From: Paratractidigestivibacter sp.
Lineage (GTDB): Bacteria; Actinomycetota; Coriobacteriia; Coriobacteriales; Eggerthellaceae
Direction of reading: 5' to 3'
NCBI GenBank assembly: GCA_963597295.1
Contig: CAVBPP010000057.1
Location: forward strand, 1 to 40,325
DNA: 40,325 nt
Both the position numbers and the translations under genes were made by a program. Positions 26,830 to 36,708 of this stretch are shown here, piece after piece. Numbering within the stretch: position 1 is the stretch's first letter; each line of letters opens with the position of its first letter. Under the pieces are notes generated by a model. That model was not told where the DNA came from, made no database searches, and saw only the letters and a list, made by a program, of their open reading frames with translations.

Positions 26830-29800
26830 TTACACGCGCCTGAGCACCCTCACTAGCAGGGCAATCGCCCCAGCCGCAGCCGCGATGGCGCCGATGATCG
26901 CACCTACCAGCAGCAGGACGTCGCCCGTCTTCACTGCGGTGGCCGTTGCCGCGGGAGTCGCCTTTGCGGCGCTGGTGCCAGTGTCGCCGCTCTTCGTCGG
27001 CGTCACCGTCGTGGGCATATCGTCCACAGGAGTCGGCGTCGGCTCGGGCGTGGGCTCCGCATACGTGTTGTTGAACACAATCGCCGGCGCAGCTGCGGTC
27101 CCGTCGGTCCCAACAGCGTCGGCGCCACCGCCGGAAACCGTAGCGCTCAGATGCCCTCGCAAATCGTCCGTAACGGTCACGATCACCTGGTACGTCGTCT
27201 CGTCGTAGGTCACGTTATCCTGCGCGTCGTCCACCTCGGAAACCTCGTACTCATACACGCCCGCCGCGTCATAGCTGATCGCCGGGAACGCCACACTGCC
27301 GTCGGCCTTGTTCTTCGCAGTAAGCTCAATGCTGTCAGAACCCGTCAGCTTGAACGTGAACTGGCCTTCCGTCAGATCTTTCCCGGTCAGAACCTTCGTC
27401 GCTCCGATGACAACCGTCGTGGGCTCGGGCGCATACGCATTGGCGAAAGCAGCCGTGCCGGCATCGCCCTCAAGCGTATGCTTTGCAGTCAGGCCACCCT
27501 TGCCGTTGTCAGCAATCGCGGTGTTCACCTGGTACGTTGCGCCGTCATACGTCACACCGTCAACCTTGGTGCCGCCACCGGCTTCGCGAATCATGTACTG
27601 ATGCGTTCCGGGTTCCGCGTATTCGATCGCATCGAAGACAACCTTGCCTGCCGCGTCGTTGGTACCGGTTGCCACGACTTCGTTGCCTTCGACCAATTCG
27701 AACGTGAATTCACCGGCAACCATATCGCGCCCGGTGAGCGTCTTGGTGACCGCAATCTGGTCGGTCACGCTCGTCGTTACGGGCTCCACCGAATACGTGT
27801 TGGTGAAGGTGAAGGCCGGCTCGCTTTCGGGCACGCCGACCAGCTCGGCCGTAAGGTTGCCCTTGCCGTCGTCAGTCACCATGATGGAAACGGTCTTGGT
27901 CGCCGTATCGTTCGCAACGCCAGGCACCGCACCCGTTTCCGTAATGGCGTACTCGAACGTATAGGAACGAGGCATCGGGGCCGCAGGCGTTTCGGAAACG
28001 GGCTCCGCCGTCGCAACTTTGCCCAGCGCGCGGTTCAAATCCTCAAGCGAGAACTCGATCGCGCCGAAGATCACGTTGCCGTTCGCATCATTGGTCGCCG
28101 TCGTAACCGTCGGCATCGGAGCCGCCGGATCGCTGGAGCTGATCGTAAACGCGAACTTCCCCGTGATGTCGTTGGGCGTCAAGCCGTCGGCATACGCAAG
28201 CACCTTCTTGCCCGTCACATCGACGGCAACCGGATCGCCAGTGGAATACTGGTTCTCGAAAATAAGCCCGCCATCAGGCATGTTCGTCGTCGCCGTCAGG
28301 GTTCCGTCGCCATTGTCGACCACCGTCACCGTAAAGGCAACCGGCGTCGTTTTCGCCGTGACGCCCACCTCGGCCAGGCCATCGGTGCGCTCGTAGGCCA
28401 CATACCCGGCGGTCCACATGGGAGAACCGTCAGCGGCAACGGAACGCGTCGCGTAGCCGTTCTCCACCAGGTCGGCCAGCGAATCGGTCGTGTAGCTCAA
28501 GCTGCCGAAGTCGACCGTGCCATCCGCCGCGTTCACCGCAGCCAGCACGTCAGCGCCCGCAGCGCCGTCCTCGCCAGCAGCGCCCGCCAACCGCACGCCG
28601 AACGAGAACTCACCCGCAGCCAAATCGCGCCCGGTCAGCGCCTTGTTGGCGGAAACGGCAGCCGCCGTACCGCCCGGCACATCGGTCGAAGCGAAATACG
28701 AATTCTCAAAGGGCACCACCGCCGCGCCGTCAACCGCGCCCGCCGTCGTGTACACAAACGTGTGAGTGCCGCCAATTCCACCGGAAACCGTCGTGGTCGC
28801 CGTCAGCGCTGCCTTCGTCGGATCGTCCGTCACGGCAATGGAAACCGTGCGCTCAGCCGTATCGAAAGTGTAGCCAGCCGCACCATCACGGTACACCTCA
28901 TACACGCGATAGCTGAACGTCTTGCCCGCGTCGTCCTGCGTGAACGTCACGTCGCGCCCCGCAAGCACATTCACCAACGCCTGCTCGCCCTCGGCGGCAG
29001 CCGGCATAGCAACCCGCTCGCCATCTGCGGAAATGCCCAGCGCTGCTGCGGAATCGGCGTCCATAGGCACAACATCGATCGCAAACTGCCCCTGCGCCAT
29101 GTCGCGGCACAGCAGCGTCTTCGCCACGTTCAGCCCACCGGCCGCCGTGTAGCTCAGCGTCGTGCGGTACTCGTTGGTGAACGTCGGGTTCTCTACCGTC
29201 ACCGTCGCCGTCAGCTTGCCGGCGAAGTTATCGGTCAGCGTCACCTTCACCGTCGCAGTCGCGCTCGAGTATGCAACGCCAGGTATGCTGCCCGCGTCTT
29301 CCGTCACCGCATAGGTGAACGTGCGTGTTCCGCCCTCGCAACCGGCCAGCATTTCCTGCGTGAACACCAGCTTGCCAAAGTCGAATGCCCCGCCGGAAGC
29401 CTTGGTCGCCACGGCCTGCGTCACGGGCTCGCCGTTCGCGCCCACCGGCAGCGGACCGCCGTCAAGCGCCTCGATCGTGAACGTGAAGCTATCCGAGTCA
29501 AGCCAATCGCGCCCGGTCAGAACCTTGTTCAAGCCCGCCTGCGCCGTATCGTAGGAAACCGGCGGCGCCTCATACAGGTTCGCGAAAGCAGCCTGCGCGG
29601 TTTGCCCCGCCGCAAACTCCCCGGTAGCCGCCACAGCAGCCCCGGACGAATCCACCGGCGTTATCTGCGTGAAGCCGTCGCGCGCAACTTCGCTCACCGA
29701 ATACTTCCAGCCGGGATCCATCCCGAACACGCACAGCTTCTCGCCTGCCTTCAGGGAATGCGTGGCCAAACCCTCCTCGTCGAGCGTCAGCGTGAACGCA

Positions 29801-32175
29801 TCGCCCACGGCCAAGCCCTGCGCGTCACACACCTGCGCATTGAGCATGTAACCTGCAGCTTCGGGCACGCTTATCTCAAAGTCGAACGCCACATCCGCGA
29901 ACTTCGTCGCATCGTAGCCCTCGGGCACAGTGAGTTCCTTCGACACTTCAAGCGTTGCCGGGCGCGTGACGGTCAGCTTGCCGTTGCCGCCCAAGTAAGA
30001 CGTCACCTGCGTGGCATCAACCGCGCGCGTGGTGCTGCTCCACTGCGGGTCCAAAGTGTATGCCGCAGTCTCACTCAAGTTTCCACTGCCCTTTTCGCTA
30101 TGCAGCTCGTTGATGTAGGCCAGCTTCGCCGTGCCCGCCTTGAAGTACGCATAGCCATCGGAATCGGTCTCAATGGCGCCCGCAAAGCCTGCAGCGGCCG
30201 CGCCAGGGAACTCGACCGTACCGGACGCGGCCGCGGGCTTGCCGCCGTCCATCTTGTAATAACTCTGCTTGTAGTAGTACGTTTCACCGTCCTCGATCGA
30301 GGTCGCGCGTACAGCGCATTCCTTGTCGGAATAGATCGGCGTGTCCTCGGTCAGGTAGTAGTAGCTGTTCGTAGAAGCCGGCTCAAACGTCGCCGTCGCG
30401 TCACCACGATACTGGCCAGACCATGTATTCGCGTAGAAATTAACCTCGCCGTTTTCGCTATAGTTGCGCGAATCGCTCAAGTATTCCCGCATGTCCGCGT
30501 CAGGGTTCGCCAGCAGCGCCGCCACTTCGGGCTTCACGCTAGAGGTGTAGAACAAGGTCATGGGCGTGGTCGTGCCCTTGGTCATGGTGTCGTCCGTAAG
30601 GTCGATGGTGAAGTTGCGCAGCGGAATCAACGTCGCCGGAATCTTCACCTGCACCTTGTCACCCTGCGAAACCGTGCTGGATTTGGTGACGGTTACCACA
30701 ACGTCGGACAACTTGGCATCAGCCGCACCGGAGTGCACGTCGCCCTTGAAGCCGTACGTGGTCACGTCGCCCGTCGTGCTCTTGGACTCGCACGCGTACT
30801 TCACGCCGTCGTACACCAGCGCCGGCACGTCATCCACCTGCATGTATTGTCCCAGCTCGTCGTCAAACGTGATGTAGCCCGATTCATTTTCGAAGCCCTG
30901 GCGAGTCTTAGTCGGGTAGCCAGCGTTCTGCGTAATCTCGGTGCCAATATCGTTAAACACCTGCGAAAGCTCATCCGCGCCGGTCGCGCTCTTGTAGTAC
31001 GCCGCGTCATTGCCTTGCGCATCCTTCGTGCGATCGCCGAAGTCCCACGCATAGCCAGCCGCGTCCGCAGCCTGGACATACGTTGCCGTCTTGTAGTTGG
31101 AAGACACCGCGTGCATGAATTTGTTCTCACTGGAAACATCGCTTGCCGTAGGAGCGGTAGCAGGGTCGGCATTGTCGAAAACGCCGATGGCGTATACCGT
31201 GGCGCCTGCATCTTTCATGTCTTTGGCGGCGGTCACGGCGCCGCTCGCCACGTCGTCACTCCACACGCCGCCGCGATTAACGGCGGTGGGCAGGCCATCG
31301 GTAAAGAAGATGACGACCTTCTTCGCGTCGGCGCGCTTCGAGCTAATGCCGCTCGCAAGCTCAAGCCCAGCCTCGGAATTCGTCGTGCCACCAGGGGTCA
31401 GGGCGTTCACCATGCTTCTGAACGACGCTTTGGTATCCGTCGTGCACACGCCAAGGCCCTTCATCACCTGGCTGTAATTAGTGCCGTTGTCGTACATGTC
31501 GTTGCCGATCGCATCGGTTTTATTGCCTGCGAACTTCACCAGCGCAACCTCATGCTGCTTTGCTTTGTCGGTGATTTTCGAATTCTGATCTGCGATTTTA
31601 TCGATGAACGAATTCACCGCGGACTGCAGCGCCGCCATTCGCGTGACGTCGCCCATATTGTTCTGTCCCATAGAACGGGACACGTCCAGCACCAGCACGA
31701 TATCAAGCGGCTGCGTCTGAGTGGAAGACAGGTTCGACGTGGAAGAAAGCGCCGTCAGCCCCGTCAGAAAGTCCGAGTCGCCCTTGCTGACGGTAATGCC
31801 GTCGCGCGTCATATCCTCGGTCGCGACGGTTTTGTCGGTCCAGATGCGCCCGATCGAGGATGTATCGTAGCCGATCAGTTTCTCCCAATCCCAAATGGTC
31901 GATGAATCCGCGACCGCGGCGCCGGATTCAACCAATGTGCCAGAACCCGCCGGGTTATCCGAAGTAGCGCTAGCCGCAGAGGCGGCATCGGCACCCGTCC
32001 CAGCAGCCGAAGCGGCTGCGGCATCCGACCCCATCGCGAAAGCCCCGCCCGACGCCGCGAACGCGACGCCTCCGACCATCACCGACAATGAAAGCGCCAG
32101 CACCACCGCCAACGCGGCGCGCAGGCGCTTTCCCCCTCCCCTGCATTTCGCTAAGTGCATTCCCGTGCGCTTCAT
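26830..32175 (-). CDS. Large cell-surface adhesin/pilin-like protein: signal peptide, vWA domain, multiple FctA/Spy0128-type repeats, C-terminal sortase-type anchor
   Basis: AAGGAGG RBS before ATG 32175; vWA MIDAS DVSRS and FTDG; repeated K.LTGR...FTF...YxxxE...F.N.Y units; VKTGD plus hydrophobic helix plus RR tail. Confidence 0.88.
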   Translation of the reverse strand: MKRTGMHLAKCRGGGKRLRAALAVVLALSLSVMVGGVAFAASGGAFAMGSDAAAASAAGTGADAASAASATSDNPAGSGTLVESGAAVADSSTIWDWEKLIGYDTSSIGRIWTDKTVATEDMTRDGITVSKGDSDFLTGLTALSSTSNLSSTQTQPLDIVLVLDVSRSMGQNNMGDVTRMAALQSAVNSFIDKIADQNSKITDKAKQHEVALVKFAGNKTDAIGNDMYDNGTNYSQVMKGLGVCTTDTKASFRSMVNALTPGGTTNSEAGLELASGISSKRADAKKVVIFFTDGLPTAVNRGGVWSDDVASGAVTAAKDMKDAGATVYAIGVFDNADPATAPTASDVSSENKFMHAVSSNYKTATYVQAADAAGYAWDFGDRTKDAQGNDAAYYKSATGADELSQVFNDIGTEITQNAGYPTKTRQGFENESGYITFDDELGQYMQVDDVPALVYDGVKYACESKSTTGDVTTYGFKGDVHSGAADAKLSDVVVTVTKSSTVSQGDKVQVKIPATLIPLRNFTIDLTDDTMTKGTTTPMTLFYTSSVKPEVAALLANPDADMREYLSDSRNYSENGEVNFYANTWSGQYRGDATATFEPASTNSYYYLTEDTPIYSDKECAVRATSIEDGETYYYKQSYYKMDGGKPAAASGTVEFPGAAAAGFAGAIETDSDGYAYFKAGTAKLAYINELHSEKGSGNLSETAAYTLDPQWSSTTRAVDATQVTSYLGGNGKLTVTRPATLEVSKELTVPEGYDATKFADVAFDFEISVPEAAGYMLNAQVCDAQGLAVGDAFTLTLDEEGLATHSLKAGEKLCVFGMDPGWKYSVSEVARDGFTQITPVDSSGAAVAATGEFAAGQTAQAAFANLYEAPPVSYDTAQAGLNKVLTGRDWLDSDSFTFTIEALDGGPLPVGANGEPVTQAVATKASGGAFDFGKLVFTQEMLAGCEGGTRTFTYAVTEDAGSIPGVAYSSATATVKVTLTDNFAGKLTATVTVENPTFTNEYRTTLSYTAAGGLNVAKTLLCRDMAQGQFAIDVVPMDADSAAALGISADGERVAMPAAAEGEQALVNVLAGRDVTFTQDDAGKTFSYRVYEVYRDGAAGYTFDTAERTVSIAVTDDPTKAALTATTTVSGGIGGTHTFVYTTAGAVDGAAVVPFENSYFASTDVPGGTAAAVSANKALTGRDLAAGEFSFGVRLAGAAGEDGAAGADVLAAVNAADGTVDFGSLSYTTDSLADLVENGYATRSVAADGSPMWTAGYVAYERTDGLAEVGVTAKTTPVAFTVTVVDNGDGTLTATTNMPDGGLIFENQYSTGDPVAVDVTGKKVLAYADGLTPNDITGKFAFTISSSDPAAPMPTVTTATNDANGNVIFGAIEFSLEDLNRALGKVATAEPVSETPAAPMPRSYTFEYAITETGAVPGVANDTATKTVSIMVTDDGKGNLTAELVGVPESEPAFTFTNTYSVEPVTTSVTDQIAVTKTLTGRDMVAGEFTFELVEGNEVVATGTNDAAGKVVFDAIEYAEPGTHQYMIREAGGGTKVDGVTYDGATYQVNTAIADNGKGGLTAKHTLEGDAGTAAFANAYAPEPTTVVIGATKVLTGKDLTEGQFTFKLTGSDSIELTAKNKADGSVAFPAISYDAAGVYEYEVSEVDDAQDNVTYDETTYQVIVTVTDDLRGHLSATVSGGGADAVGTDGTAAAPAIVFNNTYAEPTPEPTPTPVDDMPTTVTPTKSGDTGTSAAKATPAATATAVKTGDVLLLVGAIIGAIAAAAGAIALLVRVLRRV

Positions 32176-32331
32176 GATTGCCTCCTTTCGCTCAGCTCGG
32201 CTGCCCCGCAGGCAGCCGATGCCGAATAGTGCGCATGTCGGATACGGCAGGAAGTAGCCGCATCCCCTTGCACACAAACGTAAGGAAACCGAACCCGCGA
32301 CGGCAGGCCGCACTTACGCCACCAGGCAAAA

Positions 32332-32357
32332 CAGGGGGTCGCATATACGACCCCCTG
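32332..32357. promoter_or_regulatory. Perfect 10-bp inverted repeat, candidate operator between adhesin and LuxR genes
   Basis: CAGGGGGTCG-CATATA-CGACCCCCTG in divergent intergenic region, no terminator context. Confidence 0.5.
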
Positions 32358-32365
32358 CAAATTTG

Positions 32366-32511
32366 CCGTCGCGCCACGCGCTCTCCATTACGGGTTGAGC
32401 TAACGCTTCAGCCCCACAAATCTTGGCTGCCTGATTTATCTTGCCGACCGGTTTTTGTGGACGAGGCGAAAACTCGCACAGTGATCAACAAGCCCGCAAA
32501 GCGAGCGTCAC
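32366..32511. repeat. Bipartite hairpin-ended inverted-repeat element, copy 6
   Basis: GTCGCGCCACGCGCTC..GGGTTGAGCTAACGCTTCAGCCCCACAAA ... TTTGTGGACGAGGCGAAAACTCGCAC..GCCCGCAAAGCGAGCGTCAC. Confidence 0.75.
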
Positions 32512-32721
32512 CCCTTCCCACAACCCCCTTACCGAAACTGAACACAGCAACTCCAGCGAATCCGTTACAATTAACCTCACGGACAATTCCGGACGATCGA
32601 CCCTAAGACCAAGCGCCGCCGCACGCGGCAAGGGAAAGCTTACCGGCCATCGCGCTCCTTCGCACCCGATTGCCCGCTCGCGCACAGCGCAGCACGTAAG
32701 CAAGCAACCGAAGGAGGCGGC

Positions 32722-34452
32722 ATGAGAAAATTCGACCCCCGGCATGCGCCGCTCTTCTTCGCGCTCGCCCTCTTCTACTTCGTATTCTTGGAAGCGACCC
32801 TATTTTTCCAGGTCAGCGCTGAACAAGCCTGCGGGCCGACCGGGCTTCAAGTCCAACTGCCCATCCATGGGGCGTCTGCCGTGGGCCTGCTGGCCTTCGC
32901 CGCCGCCAATCGTTTCGTCGGCGAAAAAGCGCGCCTGGCGTTCGTTGCCATCTGCGGACTTGTCGGCATCGTCAGCCTCACCTATGTGGCCACCGGCACC
33001 ACCGTCGCCGAGCTTATGGCCGCAGGCGTCATCGCGTTCTTCCTCATCGGCGTAGCGGGCGGCGCCGTATACTGGGCCACCTGCGCAAACGCCCCCAGCA
33101 TCCGCCGCTTTGCCACATTCATCGGCGCAAGCCACAGCCTGGGCGTGCTGGCGCAGATACCCTTCTTCAGCCTGACGCCCAACCGCTTGGGCGAAGCCGT
33201 GCTACTATCGGCCGCCATCGTTGCCATGTGCGCCCTCATCGTGCGCATTTGGCCGGCGAATTCGGCGCTCGACGGCATAAAGTCACGGCAAGCCTACCGC
33301 GCGGGCGGCCACCTAGAGGAACCGGTTCACGCCGGCTGGCGCATCAGCCGCATGACCGCAAGAACCGCCACCGCCATGTTGCTGCTGCTCATCGTGCTGT
33401 TCGCCGTGCTGTTCAACACCCTGCACGGCATCACTTCGGGCCAAGGCGAATGGTCCAGCCAGTACACCGACATGCTGCCCAGGGTATTGCTAGCGCTTGG
33501 CGGCTTTGCGGGAGGTTGGCTGTTTGACCTGCGGCGTTCGCACTACATGGGGCTCACCATGCTATGGATTTCGGTGCTTACAGTCACGGCGGCGCTCTGC
33601 GTGCAATCGGGCATGCCGGCCGGAATAGGCAGCGTCGTGTATTACCTGGGCTCGGGCGCATTCGTCACCTTCTACACCGCAACGTTCGTTTGGATCGCGC
33701 GACAACTGCGTTTCCCCGTCCTGTGGTCGGGCATGGGCCGCGTCGCAAACAACCTGATAGCCATCGCGCTCAGCACGCCCGCGGCTATCGCCGTGCAGTC
33801 AAGCAACCCCGCAGCTCTCACGGCGCTCATGCTACCGCTGCTCATAGTGGCGAACGCGCTGCTATTCCTCACCGGCATGATGGAACCCTTCGAGCGCCCG
33901 AGGCAAGCCGGCAATGCGAATTCGGCGACCGCGGAAAACGCGGTGGCTGGCGATTTGAATTCAGAAGCCGCAGAGGGTGCTATAGGCGGCACTGGAAATC
34001 CCGTGTTCAAGGGAAACCTCGCAGGCGAAAATTCGGCAACGGAAAAGAAAGCTGCAAGTCGGAGCGAAACCCATCCAGCAGCAGAAGCCGCGCAACACGG
34101 CGAAACCGCGGGTAGTCAAGCACGGAACAATGAAGCCGCAGAGGCACCCACACTGCACAATGGAACCGAGGTGCCGTCCGCACCATCGCAGAACACCGCC
34201 ACGCAGCCGCAAAGCGCTGCCGCGCAACCGCAAACCCCGGACCAGCGCTGCGCCACCTTCGCAGAACGCTACGCGCTAACCCCGCGCGAGACCGAGGTGC
34301 TGAAAGCCGTCACCGCCGACGACCGACCGCTCAAGCAGATAGCCGCCGACCTGGGAATATCGCTCCGAGTCGTGCAGCGTCACTTAACATCGCTTTACAG
34401 CAAGACCAGCACCCAATCACGCATAGGTCTAACGAAGCTCTTCTGGGAATAG
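32722..34452 (+). CDS. Multi-transmembrane LuxR-family regulator
   Basis: ~12 TM segments, low-complexity linker, LTPRETEVL...IAADLGISLRVVQRHLTSLY.K HTH; AAGGAGG RBS. Confidence 0.88.
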   Translation: MRKFDPRHAPLFFALALFYFVFLEATLFFQVSAEQACGPTGLQVQLPIHGASAVGLLAFAAANRFVGEKARLAFVAICGLVGIVSLTYVATGTTVAELMAAGVIAFFLIGVAGGAVYWATCANAPSIRRFATFIGASHSLGVLAQIPFFSLTPNRLGEAVLLSAAIVAMCALIVRIWPANSALDGIKSRQAYRAGGHLEEPVHAGWRISRMTARTATAMLLLLIVLFAVLFNTLHGITSGQGEWSSQYTDMLPRVLLALGGFAGGWLFDLRRSHYMGLTMLWISVLTVTAALCVQSGMPAGIGSVVYYLGSGAFVTFYTATFVWIARQLRFPVLWSGMGRVANNLIAIALSTPAAIAVQSSNPAALTALMLPLLIVANALLFLTGMMEPFERPRQAGNANSATAENAVAGDLNSEAAEGAIGGTGNPVFKGNLAGENSATEKKAASRSETHPAAEAAQHGETAGSQARNNEAAEAPTLHNGTEVPSAPSQNTATQPQSAAAQPQTPDQRCATFAERYALTPRETEVLKAVTADDRPLKQIAADLGISLRVVQRHLTSLYSKTSTQSRIGLTKLFWE

Positions 34453-34496
34453 CGGCCGCATTCGGACCCGGATACCCCCTCACCCGCACCAATAAA

Positions 34497-34645
34497 CTGG
34501 CGCCCTTCGGGCTCTCTATAATGGATTGAGCCAACGCTTCAATCCCACGAAGTCTTGGCTGCCTGGTTTACCCCTTCAGCAAGAGTTTCGTGGATGCGAA
34601 GCGTTAACTCGCACAGCAATCAACAAGCGCCGCCGGGCGCGACGC
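34497..34645. repeat. Bipartite hairpin-ended inverted-repeat element, copy 7
   Basis: CGCCCTTCGGGCTC..TTGAGCCAACGCTTCAATCCCACGAA ... TTTCGTGGATGCGAAGCGTTAACTCGCAC..GCGCGACGC. Confidence 0.8.
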
Positions 34646-34783
34646 GCACTTCGCCGCCCGCGCAACGACGATCAGCATCCCCGCAAGCGACCTGCAAGCG
34701 CAGCCAAGCGCATCGCACGCTTCACCATACCGCAGCAGCCAGAGCCCCACACACCCAGCTCCTCGCACGCCTTCCCCAAACAC

Positions 34784-34823
34784 AAAAAGGAAGGGCGCCA
34801 ACCGCACGGTCAGCGCCCTTCCT
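34784..34823 (-). terminator. Terminator downstream of cstA
   Basis: AGGAAGGGCGC/GCGCCCTTCCT stem with A-run on left. Confidence 0.7.
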
Positions 34824-34884
34824 CAAACGTTCGCCCTTCAGGCAAACGGCAACCTACTCGGAAGCAAACCCACTCAGTCGCAAC

Positions 34885-36696
34885 CTATTCGGCAGCGATT
34901 TCCTTCTTGTTGCCCTTGGCCTGGTTGATCAGGGTCTTCGCGCCCTTAACGGCCAGCACGATGGCCAGCACGAACAGCAGCACGGCAAGCAGAGCCTGCA
35001 GGCACGGCGAGAAGATGTCGCCGCCCTTCATGATCAGCAGCACCTTCGCGTAGAAGGTCTGGCCCAGCGAGGTCAGCGTGGCGGCCAGCATGAAGATCAT
35101 CGGGATGAAGAACATCTTGTTGTTCTTGCCGGCGTTGCCCAGCCATGCGCACACGGCCAGCAGGGCCAGGGCGGCCAGCAGCTGGTTGGCGGCGCCGAAC
35201 AGCGGCCAGATGATGGAGTAGCCGGTCATGCCCAGCACAATGCCGATCACCACGGTGATGATGGTGGCAACGTAGGGGTTCGCCATGACCTTGCGCACGC
35301 CCTCAAGCTCGTCCATCGACTTGCCAGCCGGGGTCCACAGCTCCTGGAACATGTAGCGAGCCAGGCGAGTGGCGGTGTCAAGCGAGGTCAGGCAGAAGGC
35401 CGAAACGGCCAGGATCAGCAGCGCGTAAGCCAAGCCCTGCACGTCGCCCAGGCCGGGGATGCAGGCGAGCATCTGCGACAGGCCATCGGCGAAGACGGCG
35501 GTCGGCGAAGCGTATCCACCGGCGGCGTACTTGCTCCACACGAAGCCAACGGCGCACAGCGAGATGATGGCCAGCAGGCACTCGATGAGCATGCCGCCGT
35601 AACCGATCGGCTGCGCCTGGCTTTCCTTGTCGATCTGCTTGGAGGTGGTGCCGGAGGCAACCAGGCTATGGAAGCCCGAAATTGCACCGCAAGCGATGGT
35701 GATGAACAGCGCGGGGAACAGGAAGCCGGAAGCGGCGGCCTTGTTCGTGATGGCCTTGCCGGCCTCGTCCACGAGCGCCTGGCCAGTGGAAGCGTCGAAG
35801 GCGGCGCTGGAAGCCACAAAGCCGGTGAACGCCGGGATCTGCAGGTCGGAGGCGGCGCCCATGACGGAAGCGCCGACGATGCCGATGATGGCCAGGATGA
35901 TCATGCCGTACAGCAGGTAGCTGGACAGGTAGTCACGCGGCTGCAGCAGAATCCACACGGGGGCAACGGATGCGATCAGGATGTACACGCCCAGGATGAT
36001 CATCCAGGTGTTGTAGTCCAGCGAGATGGCGATGCCCATGAGCGGCAGGTTGTAGCCGATGGCGACCATGATGATGATCAACACGATGGCGGACACGATG
36101 TTGATGGCAGTCGGGATGTTGCGGCCGCGGGTGACCAGGCCGTACACGACGGCGACGCCGATGAAGATCACAGAGATCATGGCCGTCTGCTGGTTGGCCA
36201 GGTTGGTGGAATCGGTAGCCGTCGCGGAAACGACGAAGGTGTTCGCCACGATGGAAGCGAAGGCAGCCACAACCAGCAGCAGCGTCAGGTACGCGAAGAT
36301 GCAGAACAGCTTCTTGGCGGTGTCGTCGATGTTCTCGGCAACCACGGTCGCGAGCGTCTGGCCCTTATGACGGATAGACGCGAACAGCGAGCCGAAGTCG
36401 TGCATGGCGCCGAAGAAGATGCCGCCGATCAGCACCCACAGAAGCACGGGCACCCAGCCGAACACGGCAGCCTGAATGGGGCCGTTGATGGGGCCGGCGC
36501 CGGCGATGGACGAGAAGTGATGGCCCAAAACCACGTACGGCGGAGCGGGCACGTAGTCGACGCCGTCCTCCAGCTCGTGAGCCGGAGTCGGGCGATTCGG
36601 GTCGACGCCCCACTGCTTAGCCAGCCAGCCACCATAGCAAACATAGCCGATGACCAGGATGACCGCAGTAATGGCGAAAATGAGAAGTGCGTTCAT
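34885..36696 (-). CDS. cstA: Carbon starvation protein A family peptide/pyruvate transporter
   Basis: TPAH...DGVDYVP, GHHFSSIAGAGPI.GP, PVW.LLQPRDYL, FITIACGAISGFH, TSLDTATRL, IWPLFGAANQLLA. Confidence 0.95.
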   Translation of the reverse strand: MNALLIFAITAVILVIGYVCYGGWLAKQWGVDPNRPTPAHELEDGVDYVPAPPYVVLGHHFSSIAGAGPINGPIQAAVFGWVPVLLWVLIGGIFFGAMHDFGSLFASIRHKGQTLATVVAENIDDTAKKLFCIFAYLTLLLVVAAFASIVANTFVVSATATDSTNLANQQTAMISVIFIGVAVVYGLVTRGRNIPTAINIVSAIVLIIIMVAIGYNLPLMGIAISLDYNTWMIILGVYILIASVAPVWILLQPRDYLSSYLLYGMIILAIIGIVGASVMGAASDLQIPAFTGFVASSAAFDASTGQALVDEAGKAITNKAAASGFLFPALFITIACGAISGFHSLVASGTTSKQIDKESQAQPIGYGGMLIECLLAIISLCAVGFVWSKYAAGGYASPTAVFADGLSQMLACIPGLGDVQGLAYALLILAVSAFCLTSLDTATRLARYMFQELWTPAGKSMDELEGVRKVMANPYVATIITVVIGIVLGMTGYSIIWPLFGAANQLLAALALLAVCAWLGNAGKNNKMFFIPMIFMLAATLTSLGQTFYAKVLLIMKGGDIFSPCLQALLAVLLFVLAIVLAVKGAKTLINQAKGNKKEIAAE

Positions 36697-36708
36697 TTAA
36701 GTTCCCTA

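Noticed and set aside
27151..31905. 1584-aa ORF antisense to the adhesin
   Set aside because: Arg/His-rich antisense shadow of a real gene; no domain signatures
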